Positions 1 to 8,669 of a DNA stretch of 64,000 nt are shown piece by piece. The stretch covers positions 769,974-833,973 of the forward strand of contig JBAUPV010000030.1 of NCBI GenBank assembly GCA_049580385.1. The letters are read 5' to 3'. A model generated the notes under the pieces. That model made no database searches. It worked only from the letters and a program-made list of their open reading frames with translations, and was not told where the DNA came from. Source of the DNA: Desulfobaccales bacterium (lineage in GTDB: Bacteria > Desulfobacterota > Desulfobaccia > Desulfobaccales > 0-14-0-80-60-11). A program made the translations under genes and the position numbers. The first letter of the stretch is position 1. Each line of letters starts with the position of its first letter.

Positions 1-532
1 AAGTGAACCCCGACACGGTCTGCCCGCCCAACATGATCCCGGTGATGAACTTACCGATCACCGGAAGGTGCCGGGGAATGTTGGAACTGACCACGGTGGC
101 CCAATAGGCCTTCATGTCCCAGGGCAGGAGGTAGCCCGTGAAACCGAGCCCCAAGGTGATCAGGAACAGGCAGACGCCCATAACCCAGGTGAGTTCCCGG
201 GGAGCCTGGTAGCTCCCGGCAAAGTAGGTGCTCAGCAGGTGCAGGAATACCACCAGGACCAGGGCGCCGGCCCCCCAGTGGTGGAGGCCGCGCAGGACCG
301 CGCCCAAGGGCACGTCCTTCATGATGAAGTCGATGGATTGATAGGCTTTGTCCGGCGAAGGATTGTAGAACATCGCCAGAATGACGCCGGTCACGGCCAT
401 GAGCCCGAACAGCAGGAGGGTGAGGGTTCCCAGGGTCGCCGACCAACCCGTGTCCGGGGGCAATTCCTTATACAGGAAGGGCCGCAGATATTTATCCCAA
501 CCGATGCGGTCCCGGAAATTCGGGCCAACCAT
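1..532 (-). CDS. Cytochrome b (bc1/b6f type), N-terminal part; gene continues beyond the left window edge
   Basis: Absent from the ORF track because no stop lies inside the window. Own translation from ATG 532-530: MVGPNFRDRIGWDKYLRPFLYKELPPDTGWSATLGTL...VLRGLHHWGAGALVLVVFLHLLSTYFAGSY...GFTGYLLPWDMKAYWATVV. The heme-ligand His positions and the GY.LPWD..YWA motif are typical of cytochrome b helices A-C. The ATG is 1 nt after the stop of the upstream Fe-S/Rieske gene. Confidence 0.85.
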   Translation of the reverse strand, partial: MVGPNFRDRIGWDKYLRPFLYKELPPDTGWSATLGTLTLLLFGLMAVTGVILAMFYNPSPDKAYQSIDFIMKDVPLGAVLRGLHHWGAGALVLVVFLHLLSTYFAGSYQAPRELTWVMGVCLFLITLGLGFTGYLLPWDMKAYWATVVSSNIPRHLPVIGKFITGIMLGGQTVSGFT

Positions 533-533
533 C

Positions 534-1775
534 TCAACCCACCTCCACGAGCAGGTGGCCGGAGTCCACTTTGAACCGGTAGCGGTCCAGGGGACGGGGT
601 GGCGGGCCAGCCAGGACGCGGCCGTCCCGGTCAAAGACGCCGCCATGGCAGGCACAGCGGAAGCGTTGCAACTGGCTGTCCCACTTGACGATGCAGCCCA
701 GGTGCGTACAGCTGGCGTTGAAACAGGTGATCTGGCTGCCGGTCCGGGAAACCAGGACTGGGGTCGTCACCTCCTGGCTGTACAGGCCGTTTTTAAGGTC
801 GTAGCGCATCATGAGGGTGGTGATGTCACCCTCAGGTATCCGGCTCAGCGGTGAAACTGGCACCCACAGCTTGGAAGACCTGATCAGGCCGGGACTCACC
901 GCAGTGGTGGCGGCTATGCCTCCCACGGCGATTATCGAGGCGGCGCCCAGAATGCCAACCCCCATCTGGCGCAGGAAGGTTCTCCGGTCCGTAGCAGTAA
1001 CCGGCGGCGTCTCCGGCGCGGCCGCGGGTTTCTCCTTGCCAGGCTGGTCTTGGCAGTGGCTGAGGCCCAGCCTTTGGATGTACTTGATAGCCCTGGTGCT
1101 GCTGATGCCTTTAGGGCAGACCTCGGTGCAGTTGAATTCGGTCCGGCAGTGATAGCAGGAGGCCAAAGTCCGATCCAGGCGTTCCGCAAACAGGCCGTCC
1201 CGGCTGTCGGCCAGGAGTGTGAAAGCCCGGTTCAGAGCCGCGGGGCCGGCGTAGTCTTGGTGGTAGTGCACCATGGTGCAACTGGAGACACAGCAGCCAC
1301 AGGCGATGCACTCGGTGGCCTCGCGGCCGATATCCTGGCGCTCTTTCGAATCGGGGCGGATCTGGGGCGGCTCGGCGAACTCTTCCCGGGGCTCATAGAA
1401 GGACAGCGTCTCCTCGTACTTCTGGAAAAAAGGCTCCATGTCCACCACCAGGTCCTTGATGACCGGGAAGTGGTTCAGGGGCCTGAGGGTGATGTCCTGG
1501 TCCGGGGGCAGGTGCGAGACGTTGGTCTTGCAGGCCAGACGTTCCTGGCCGTTGATGACCATGCCGCAGGAGCCGCACATGTTGACGCGGCAGGCATAGC
1601 GAAAGGCCAGGGTCGGGTCCTGCTCCCGCTGCAACCTAAGGAGCACGTCCAGGATCGTGGTGATAGACTCATCGGGGATCTCCAACACATAGCCTTGGAA
1701 ATGACCCGACCCACCCTTTTGCGGGTCGTAGCGAAATATCTGGATATCGCGTACGCTCCCGGAGGTATCTGACAT
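534..1775 (-). CDS. SdhB/FrdB-type iron-sulfur subunit fused through a twin-arginine/hydrophobic segment to a C-terminal Rieske [2Fe-2S] domain
   Basis: 413-aa ORF with ATG 1775 preceded by AAAGGAAG. Residues ~1-240 carry the SdhB/FrdB cluster motifs CRVNMCGSCG...C, CIACGCCVSSC and CYHCRTEFNCTEVCP. A P/A-rich linker follows, then DRRTFLRQMGVGILGAASIIAVGGIAA (twin-Arg plus hydrophobic helix, as in Rieske Tat anchors), then the Rieske boxes CTHLGC and CACHGG. Confidence 0.85.
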   Translation of the reverse strand: MSDTSGSVRDIQIFRYDPQKGGSGHFQGYVLEIPDESITTILDVLLRLQREQDPTLAFRYACRVNMCGSCGMVINGQERLACKTNVSHLPPDQDITLRPLNHFPVIKDLVVDMEPFFQKYEETLSFYEPREEFAEPPQIRPDSKERQDIGREATECIACGCCVSSCTMVHYHQDYAGPAALNRAFTLLADSRDGLFAERLDRTLASCYHCRTEFNCTEVCPKGISSTRAIKYIQRLGLSHCQDQPGKEKPAAAPETPPVTATDRRTFLRQMGVGILGAASIIAVGGIAATTAVSPGLIRSSKLWVPVSPLSRIPEGDITTLMMRYDLKNGLYSQEVTTPVLVSRTGSQITCFNASCTHLGCIVKWDSQLQRFRCACHGGVFDRDGRVLAGPPPRPLDRYRFKVDSGHLLVEVG

Positions 1776-1823
1776 CTTCCTTTACTCTCGCCTGTTTCTC
1801 TGCCGGCTCTCCCGGGTAACGTC

Positions 1824-2165
1824 CTAGTAGATCGAATACCAAATTCTGGCCACGATGAGCAGCCCCAGGCCCACCAGGCCCCAAATGAGCAGCCGCTGGT
1901 ATTTGACCCCCACCAGGTTGAAATCGAGCAGGATGACCCGCAGTCCCAAGGCGGCATGGAAGGTTACCACCAACAGGAGCAGGAATTGAATGATGGGCTT
2001 GTAGGTCAGAGCGAGGTGCAGGGCCAACAAGACGATGATGGCCAGGGCCGAGAGACGCTGCCACAGCCAGGCCCACATGCCCACCTGGGTCCCCTCCCGG
2101 CGATGAGGGTCGTACTCCCCCCAGGCCAGAGGTTTCCGGTACTCGATGGGAATATCTCGCGCCAT
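1824..2165 (-). CDS. Small 3-TM membrane subunit, SdhC/SdhD-like anchor
   Basis: 113 aa with SD TAGGAG and three hydrophobic helices. HAALGLRVILLDF resembles the H-x3-G-x-R-x4-D signature of SdhC/SdhD anchors. The gene lies between the flavoprotein and Fe-S genes. Confidence 0.6.
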   Translation of the reverse strand: MARDIPIEYRKPLAWGEYDPHRREGTQVGMWAWLWQRLSALAIIVLLALHLALTYKPIIQFLLLLVVTFHAALGLRVILLDFNLVGVKYQRLLIWGLVGLGLLIVARIWYSIY

Positions 2166-2235
2166 TAAATGACTCCTATACTGCCCAAGGGCGTCGGGCC
2201 GCCAGGAAAAGCCGCAGGTTCCGGGCTGCCATCGC

Positions 2236-3960
2236 CTATTTTCTATACCCCTGGCACTCCTCCAAAGTCTTGTGCTTGAAGACTACGGGCTCCCTGCGGG
2301 CCAGGGGCAGTCCGTCCTCGCCGCGGCTCAGGTAGATATTGAAGAGCCCGTAGTCGTCCCGCTGCTCCGGAAAATCCTGGCGGAAGTGCGCCCCCCGGGT
2401 CTCCTCCCTCAACCTGGCCGCAAAAGCGGTCATCCTGGTGGTGTCCACCATGCTAATAAGGTCCAGGAAGGTGTTGTACATCATGTTGTACGCCGCGCCC
2501 CCGGTGACGCTAACGTGCTCCAGTTCTGCGGCGATGGCCTCAATCTCATTTAGAGCCTCGGAAAGATCCGGCTCCCGGCGGGCCACCCCGACCTCGTTCC
2601 AGTTCAATTCCTGGATCTGCCTGCGCAGGACGAAGGGGTCGGACCCGGAAGCGCGGCCGAAAGGAGCCTGGAGCCGGGCCATGGTTTCCTCCACCTGGCC
2701 GCGCCGGGTCTCCTTGACGGTCCGGTTGCCATTAACCAGGTACTGGCCCAGGGCCTTGCCGGTCAACCGGCCATAGACGCAGGAATCGCAGATGCCATTC
2801 CCGCCCAGGCGGTTGGCGCCGTGGACACCGCCGGAATCTTCACCGGCCACAAAAAGCCTTTCCGGGGTGGCCTTACCGCTGGTGTCGATCAGCGCGCCGC
2901 CCATGTAGTAGTGCGCCGTGGGGCCTACCGGAACACGGCCCTCGGCCAGGTCGTAATTGAACTGCTGGCAACGTTCGGCCATGCCGGGGAAATTCTCCAG
3001 GACGAAATCAGCCCCGAGATGGGAGGCGTCAATGTGTACCCCCCCCTCGGGGCAGGCCCGGCCAGCCATCATCTCCAGGTAAGAAGAGCGGCTGACGACA
3101 TCGCGGGTGGCTCGCTCGCCCACCTCGGGGGCGTAGCGAAGCATGTAGCGCTCGCCGACCCCGTTATAAAGGTAGGCGCCGGCGCCCCGGAGGCCCTCTT
3201 CCAGGAGGGCCCCTGCCACCACGCTCCCCGGGACGATGAGGCCGGTGGGGTGGAATTGGAGCATCTCCATATCCCGCATCACCGCCCCGGCCCGGTAAAG
3301 CATGGCGAGGCCGTCCACGGATTTCTCCGGCCCCGGGGCGTGGAAGCGGTAATGGGTGGGCCCTCCGCCGGTGGCCATTAGGGTGGCGGCCGCCTCGGCG
3401 ACGATGAACTCGCCGCGCCGCATGTTTAGCAGCAGCGCCCCTGTGACCATCTCCCCCCCCTCGTCCAGGAGCAGTTCGACGGCCCGGCATTCCTCCAAGA
3501 CCGGGATGCGGCGCTTCATGACCTGCTCGGTGAGGCGGCTGATGATCTCGATACCCGTGAGGTCGCCCTTGTGAACCGTACGATCGAAGACCTGGCCGGC
3601 GAAGGCCTTTTGATGGATGGTGCCGTCGGGATTGCGGTCGAAGAAGCAGCCGAATTTGGTTTCCATCTCCTTGATGGTGGGAGTGGCCTCTTCCACCAAG
3701 GTCTTGGCCAGGTCCTGGTCGTTGAGGTACTGGCCGCCCTTGAGGGTGTCCATGAAATGTTTCTCATGGGAGTCCTCAGAGTTCAACACCACGTTGAAGC
3801 CGCCTTGGACCATGCGGCTGCAGCCGCCTTTGCCCCGGAGCGCCTTGGTGACGATGAGGATGTTCAGGTCCGGATTGCGCTCCTGGGCATAGAGCGCCGC
3901 CATTTCGGCCGCGGCCCCCATGCCGATGATGAGCAAATCGGCCTTGACTTTGGTTACCAT
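2236..3960 (-). CDS. FAD flavoprotein subunit, succinate dehydrogenase/fumarate reductase family
   Basis: 574 aa with SD GAGGAG. The DLLIIGMGAAA dinucleotide fold, LQFHPTG, TRDVVSR, HGANRLGGN and ETRGAHFRQDFP are SdhA/FrdA signatures. The position of the covalent-FAD His (R-S-H-T) reads G-C-S-R, so FAD is probably non-covalently bound. Confidence 0.9.
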   Translation of the reverse strand: MVTKVKADLLIIGMGAAAEMAALYAQERNPDLNILIVTKALRGKGGCSRMVQGGFNVVLNSEDSHEKHFMDTLKGGQYLNDQDLAKTLVEEATPTIKEMETKFGCFFDRNPDGTIHQKAFAGQVFDRTVHKGDLTGIEIISRLTEQVMKRRIPVLEECRAVELLLDEGGEMVTGALLLNMRRGEFIVAEAAATLMATGGGPTHYRFHAPGPEKSVDGLAMLYRAGAVMRDMEMLQFHPTGLIVPGSVVAGALLEEGLRGAGAYLYNGVGERYMLRYAPEVGERATRDVVSRSSYLEMMAGRACPEGGVHIDASHLGADFVLENFPGMAERCQQFNYDLAEGRVPVGPTAHYYMGGALIDTSGKATPERLFVAGEDSGGVHGANRLGGNGICDSCVYGRLTGKALGQYLVNGNRTVKETRRGQVEETMARLQAPFGRASGSDPFVLRRQIQELNWNEVGVARREPDLSEALNEIEAIAAELEHVSVTGGAAYNMMYNTFLDLISMVDTTRMTAFAARLREETRGAHFRQDFPEQRDDYGLFNIYLSRGEDGLPLARREPVVFKHKTLEECQGYRK

Positions 3961-4097
3961 ACGCTCCTCGGGCCTACCCGGGATTTTAGGGCAGCGAGGG
4001 TTGGGGTCTTAAACCTCAGGTGCGGTAATCAGCCTGGGGTTGCGTGCCAATGGGCTTCCAGCCAGTGCCACCCCAGGCCTTCAGGCTAATGATGCGA

Positions 4098-5261
4098 TCA
4101 AGCGCTCCGGTAAAGCTTGGTAAAGACAAACTCCCGGTGCCCCAGGGCCTCAGTGGCAGTCAGGCGGCCGTTGGCGGTCCGCCGGGCCATCTCCAGAAGC
4201 CGGTCACCCGATTGATCCAGGGTCAATTCTCCGCGCAGGATGGCCGAGCAATCGTAATCGATGTGCTCGGACATGGTCTTCACGGTCAAGGGGTTGGCGG
4301 AGAGCTTGATGACCGGCAGGATGGGGTTGCCGCAAATGTTGCCCTGGCCGGTGGGGAAGAGGTGCACCACGAAACCGGCCGCGGCCCACAAGGTGACCGC
4401 CTCGGCCGCGGCCGAAGAAGTATCCATGAACCAGAGTCCGGGGCCGGTGGGGGTTTCGGCCGGGGCCAGCACGCCCACGTATTTAGACTTCTTGCCGATC
4501 TTTTGGAGGTTCCCGAAGGCCTTCTCCTCGATGGTGGTGAGTCCCCCCCGGATGTTGCCCTTGGTGGGCTGGGAACCGGAGAGATCATCAGTCTTGTTGG
4601 CCTGGATGAAGTCGTCGTAATCTTTCCAAATCTGGTAAAACTGCTCTCCGACGGCCGGGGTGGCGGCCCGTTCCTTACAAACCATCTCGGCGCCGGTGAT
4701 TTCGGAGGTCTCCCCGAAAGAAGTCGTGGCGCCCGCGGCCACCAGTTTGTCGATGGCGTTGCCCACAGTGGGGTTGGAGGCCAGGCCCGAGGTCGTGTCG
4801 GACTCGCCGCATTTCACGGAAACCCAGATCTCCGACAGGTCCACTTCAACGCGTCTCAGTTCCGAGGCCCACTGCAGGTATTCTTTCGCCTGGCGGCTGG
4901 CTGCGGCTATGGTGGTGAGGTCTCCGTGACGCTCGATATCAAACCCGGTTACAGGCTTTCCCGTTTTTTTTATGCCTTCCACCACGACGTTGGTCCAATC
5001 GGGCTCAATCCCGATGACCACCGCGGCGGCGACATTGGGGTTGGCGCCCATGCCGATAACGGTGCGAAAGAAAAGCCGCAGGTCTTCCCCAAATTGGAGG
5101 CGCCCGTAGGCGTGCGGAAGGGCCAGGGTGCCCTTGATATTGTTGGCCACGGCCTCGCAGGCCGCATTGGAAAGATCATCCAGGGCCAGGATGACAACAT
5201 GATTACGGACGCCCACCCGGCCGTTTTCACGGCGATAAGCCAAAACTTTGCCTAAACTCAT
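4098..5261 (-). CDS. UxaA/GarD/SuyB-family dehydratase (or sulfo-lyase) large catalytic subunit
   Basis: 387 aa. [25 protein letters not shown] and [13 protein letters not shown] recall the C-terminal catalytic part of altronate/galactarate dehydratases and sulfolactate sulfo-lyase SuyB. The ATG is 1 nt after the small-subunit stop. The substrate cannot be assigned from sequence. Confidence 0.8.
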   Translation of the reverse strand: MSLGKVLAYRRENGRVGVRNHVVILALDDLSNAACEAVANNIKGTLALPHAYGRLQFGEDLRLFFRTVIGMGANPNVAAAVVIGIEPDWTNVVVEGIKKTGKPVTGFDIERHGDLTTIAAASRQAKEYLQWASELRRVEVDLSEIWVSVKCGESDTTSGLASNPTVGNAIDKLVAAGATTSFGETSEITGAEMVCKERAATPAVGEQFYQIWKDYDDFIQANKTDDLSGSQPTKGNIRGGLTTIEEKAFGNLQKIGKKSKYVGVLAPAETPTGPGLWFMDTSSAAAEAVTLWAAAGFVVHLFPTGQGNICGNPILPVIKLSANPLTVKTMSEHIDYDCSAILRGELTLDQSGDRLLEMARRTANGRLTATEALGHREFVFTKLYRSA

Positions 5262-5262
5262 C

Positions 5263-5541
5263 TTACCACCTCTTCGTCTTCAGGTTGTGGATATGGACAT
5301 GGGCCCCTTTGGAGAAGGGGGCGGAGACCACGCCAATATCATGGCCGTATTTGATCACCGTATCGCCCGGTTTCATGGCCTGAAGGGCAATCTTGTGGCC
5401 CAGGGGGATGTCCCCCAGGGCCTTAACTTCCACCGGCTCCTGGTTGTCCATGTACAGGCCTTTGATGGTCTCATTCGCCTTGATGTCCACCGTCGCCACG
5501 CCGACTGTGTCACCCTTTTCATGAACCAGAAATTGAATCAT
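5263..5541 (-). CDS. SAF-domain small subunit of a split UxaA/SuyA-type enzyme
   Basis: Track ORF trimmed to ATG 5541 (AAGGAG SD 7 nt upstream). [20 protein letters not shown]...IPLGHKIAL...GAHVHIHN is the SAF/beta-clip domain found at the N-terminus of UxaA or as a separate SuyA. Confidence 0.75.
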   Translation of the reverse strand: MIQFLVHEKGDTVGVATVDIKANETIKGLYMDNQEPVEVKALGDIPLGHKIALQAMKPGDTVIKYGHDIGVVSAPFSKGAHVHIHNLKTKRW

Positions 5542-5711
5542 GCACGCGCTCCTTGGTTTGGTTAAGGTTGGGTTCTGCCACACTGGCAGCTACTTAATGG
5601 GGAGAGGAGGGCAGCTTGCCTCTAAAACCCCGGTCCGGGTGAGCGGCGAGTCCTCAATGTGGAGAAACTGTCCTGGCCACGACTCCCGGCTAGATTGTTC
5701 TGAGACGATGA

Positions 5712-5727
5712 TGCACAGGCCATGCCA
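5712..5727 (-). promoter_or_regulatory. Candidate sigma-54 (-24/-12) promoter
   Basis: The minus strand reads TGGCATGGCCTGTGCA. The GG and GC dinucleotides sit at canonical spacing (consensus TGGCACG-N4-TTGCA, 2 mismatches). It lies ~170 nt upstream of the SAF-subunit ATG, and a GAFTGA-type activator is encoded 1.2 kb upstream on the same strand. Confidence 0.5.
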
Positions 5728-5814
5728 TTGGTCGCTAAACGAGGGAACCGCTCTGGTGGCGCGAATCATGGCGGATTTGGCGTCCCGCTCGCCAGGCCCA
5801 AATGAGACCAATTT

Positions 5815-5840
5815 TCGGCTCTGAGCCGACTATTCGGCTC
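5815..5840. promoter_or_regulatory. Candidate enhancer (UAS) palindrome
   Basis: TCGGCTC-T-GAGCCGA is a perfect 7+1+7 palindrome, followed by a third TCGGCTC half-site. It is centred ~95 bp upstream of the -24 box, a typical distance for a bacterial enhancer-binding protein site. The function is inferred only. Confidence 0.3.
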
Positions 5841-5931
5841 GGCGTCATCTTGGCCTTGTGGCGCCTAAGCTTGCAGGCCAAACGAGCCAATTAATTTTGC
5901 AGATGGGGCGCGTTTTTAGGCCCCGGAGAGT

Positions 5932-6753
5932 TTAGGGGGCAGTGCAAGGTGGATCAGGAGGGCAGGGGCGCCTGCCAACCCGATAATTGCGAAAGAGCCG
6001 TAAGGTCTGCCGCACGGTGGCCGCCAACCGGAAGCGGCCTTGAGGCGCGAGGCTGTTGGCGGTGGCCTCGCAGAGGCAGGCGCCGAAGGACAATCTGGAT
6101 ATGCCGGCGGCCATGGCCCCCAGGATATCCCGGGGAGTGAGCAGGCTGGCATCGTGGAGGGACAGCCCGCCGGGCACGCTTTGGCGGAGCCGTCTCAGGA
6201 GTTCCATATCCAATCTGAACCCTCGCCTGGTGTCGAGGGGCAGGGATACGGCCAAGGAGTCGATACCGGTTTCGAGGACAAATTTAGCCGCCAGAGCGCA
6301 GATGAGGCATTGGCCCGCGGAGTCCTTACCGAAATCAAAGAAGGCTCCGATCGCTCCTTCCAGGGGGACCCGGGCTCCCGCCGCCAGGTTCACCGCTCTC
6401 GCGGTCAGTTTCACGTTGCTTGCGAGGGGCAGAAAAGAGCCGTCGAACATAACCGTGGAAAAGCCACAATCGAGGGCTATACTCACCAGGTCGAGGTTAC
6501 GGGCATGGCTCAAGATCACCATTACCGGAACCGAGGCGCGTTCCGCCACGGAGGTGGCTACCCCGCTGAGAAGCTTGATAGCCGGCGGCGCCACCAGGTC
6601 GGCATTGACGCACAGCACCACCGGCGAGTCCTCTTCCTCGGCAGTGGCAACGACAACCCGGATGCTCTCCTGGTCCTTGACGCTGAAAGCCGCAAGACAC
6701 CCCTGGCGGCGGGAAGGCCTCGCCAGCGCCTGGACACGGCCGCTGTCCTGCAT
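5932..6753 (-). CDS. Divergent class II ketose-bisphosphate aldolase-family protein
   Basis: Trimmed to ATG 6753 (AGGAGGAG SD). It shows a recognisable but divergent F_bP_aldolase-like pattern: AAFSV..ESIRVVVATAEEEDSPVVL, VPVMVILSHARN, GFSTVMFDGS, LEGAIG. The activity is uncertain. Confidence 0.5.
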   Translation of the reverse strand: MQDSGRVQALARPSRRQGCLAAFSVKDQESIRVVVATAEEEDSPVVLCVNADLVAPPAIKLLSGVATSVAERASVPVMVILSHARNLDLVSIALDCGFSTVMFDGSFLPLASNVKLTARAVNLAAGARVPLEGAIGAFFDFGKDSAGQCLICALAAKFVLETGIDSLAVSLPLDTRRGFRLDMELLRRLRQSVPGGLSLHDASLLTPRDILGAMAAGISRLSFGACLCEATANSLAPQGRFRLAATVRQTLRLFRNYRVGRRPCPPDPPCTAP

Positions 6754-6906
6754 GTCGTCTCCTCCTGAGGCGGCCGCAGCCGCGCCGGGAACCCGCGGCA
6801 ACCGCGGTTTCCCAACGCCCAATCATTCAATATTCGTGCCAAACAGGCCACAGGTAAAACGCGGCCGCACGAGTGGACGACCCCGAAGAGACTGCGCCAG
6901 CTTAAA

Positions 6907-8499
6907 TTATTGGGTAAATTTATGCGGGTTGATGCCGTGGATGCGGAGCCTGTATTGAAGAGTGGACTTGGGCACTTTCAGGATGGCGGCGGCGCCATGT
7001 TTACCGCCGACGACCCCCTTGGTCAGGGAAAGCACCTTGATGAGGTGGGCGCGCTCCATTTCGTCCAAGGTGGGGAGGGGGGAGCAGATCTCATCCTGCT
7101 GGAGGTTGAGCAGCGGCTCCAAGTCCCGGCGGGTTACCGTCTTGCCGCTGAACACAATGATCAGACGGCTGATGATATTTTTGAGCTCCCGCACGTTTCC
7201 GGGCCAGGAGTGCTGTTTCATCAAATCCATGACTTCGCGGGAAAAAATGGGAGGAGCACGGCGAATGGACTCGGCCTGGGCCTGGGTCAAATGGCGGACG
7301 AGGGGCTCGATCTCTTCGACCCGCTCTCTGAGAGGCGGGAGGTGGAAGGAAACCGTATTGAGCCGGTAGAACAGGTCGGACCTGAAGGTCTTTTCTCTAA
7401 TGCCAGTATGCAGGTCATTATTCGAGGCCGCGATCACCCTGAAATTCACATCGACGGGACGGCTGTCCCCCACCCGCTCGAAGCGCTGGTCATGCAAGAC
7501 GTGGAGCAGTTTGGCCTGGAGGGGCATGGGCAGTTCGGCGATTTCATCCAGGAAGATGGTGCCGCCATCGGCCATCTCGAAGCGGCCGACCCGCTTGGAA
7601 GAGGCGCCCGTAAAGGCGCCCTTGACGTGTCCGAACAGTTCGCTCTCGAACAGGCTGGGCGACAGGGCCGGGCAATTGACCTTGACGAACAGGTGGTCCC
7701 GCCTGCCGCTCAGGTAGTGCAGGTAGCGAGCGATGCAGTCCTTGCCGGTCCCGGTTTCGCCGGTGATCAGCACGCTGGCGTCGCTGTCGGCGATAATCTC
7801 CACCTGCCGCATAATTTCCCGCATGGCCGGACTCGAATAATAGAAATTATCCGGGTTGTACTGGGGCGCCACCTGTTTCAGGAGGTAGCGCTTCTGTTGC
7901 TCCAGGCTGGCATTCAGGCTTATCAGCTTGAGGTGGGAGAGCATGTTATCCACGGCCAAGGCCACCTGCCCCGAGAGTTCCACCAGGAACTGAGCCAGTT
8001 CGTCCATCATCTCGGGCGGTTCCTTAAAAGAAAAGTGCAGAGAGCCCACCACCTGGTCGCGGACGATGAGCGGAAAGGCCATGGTCGCTCGCAGGCCGGC
8101 AGCCGTCATGAGCCTGATTGTGTGCCAGTGGCCGTACTGGGACATATCCGGGATAATCAGCGGCTGCCGCGATGTGACTACGGCCCGGGCCACGGGCCCC
8201 TTGTCCAGGGAGCGGGAGACGTCATCCATGCCCTCGACCAGAATGCCTTCAGCCATGGCAAACCAGCTCAGGGAATTGGAATCAGGTTCGTAAATATTGA
8301 TGCTGAAGCGATCATAATTAATGATCTTGCGAATCTCCCGGGCCATACTCCGGAACAGATTCTCCTGGGAGGTCTGATTGACGATGGCATTGTTGATTTC
8401 CAGAAGGACTTTATAACGGGAGGCAGGATTCCAGACAATCTTGGGGCAATTGCGGTTAGGTTGCGGGCGACGGCTCCTGGCCTTGAGGTCCTGTTTCAT
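6907..8499 (-). CDS. Sigma-54-dependent transcriptional activator with N-terminal GAF-like sensor
   Basis: 530 aa. The central AAA+ domain has the GETGTGKD Walker A and ESELFGHVKGAFTGA (GAFTGA sigma-54 contact loop). The C-terminus has a Fis-type HTH (AAAILKVPKSTLQYRL). Confidence 0.9.
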   Translation of the reverse strand: MKQDLKARSRRPQPNRNCPKIVWNPASRYKVLLEINNAIVNQTSQENLFRSMAREIRKIINYDRFSINIYEPDSNSLSWFAMAEGILVEGMDDVSRSLDKGPVARAVVTSRQPLIIPDMSQYGHWHTIRLMTAAGLRATMAFPLIVRDQVVGSLHFSFKEPPEMMDELAQFLVELSGQVALAVDNMLSHLKLISLNASLEQQKRYLLKQVAPQYNPDNFYYSSPAMREIMRQVEIIADSDASVLITGETGTGKDCIARYLHYLSGRRDHLFVKVNCPALSPSLFESELFGHVKGAFTGASSKRVGRFEMADGGTIFLDEIAELPMPLQAKLLHVLHDQRFERVGDSRPVDVNFRVIAASNNDLHTGIREKTFRSDLFYRLNTVSFHLPPLRERVEEIEPLVRHLTQAQAESIRRAPPIFSREVMDLMKQHSWPGNVRELKNIISRLIIVFSGKTVTRRDLEPLLNLQQDEICSPLPTLDEMERAHLIKVLSLTKGVVGGKHGAAAILKVPKSTLQYRLRIHGINPHKFTQ

Positions 8500-8669
8500 G
8501 CTGATCTGAAGGATCCTTTTAATAGCGCTTGGGTCTGGCTAACTACATAATTTATAACCCGAAGGAGGTATATATTCAACGGGAATTAGCGGGCGACAGC
8601 CTGGCAAGGGTGGGGAGCGCCCTGAGGGGGGAGGACCGGCCGGCGGCCAGCTCTCGTGAAACCTGGTCC

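Noticed and set aside
51-574. Track ORFs 51..446 (-) and 68..574 (+) at the left edge
   Set aside because: Both are Arg/Pro/Gly-rich with no motifs. A third frame on the minus strand, open to the window edge, gives a clean cytochrome b sequence and starts 1 nt after the upstream stop.
4041-4075. Two TGGCAC-like boxes upstream of the flavoprotein gene (minus strand TTGGCACGCAACCCCA and GTGGCACTGGCTGGAAGC)
   Set aside because: The -24 halves are good, but no GC dinucleotide sits at the required -12 spacing. They are not called as sigma-54 promoters.
4044-5255. 403-aa plus-strand ORF
   Set aside because: It is the antisense shadow of the UxaA/SuyB-like gene. The composition is low-complexity G/R/P/H, and there is no SD or motif.
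6910-8550. 546-aa plus-strand ORF
   Set aside because: It mirrors the sigma-54 activator gene exactly, which has unambiguous Walker A, GAFTGA and HTH motifs. This is a typical high-GC antisense ORF.
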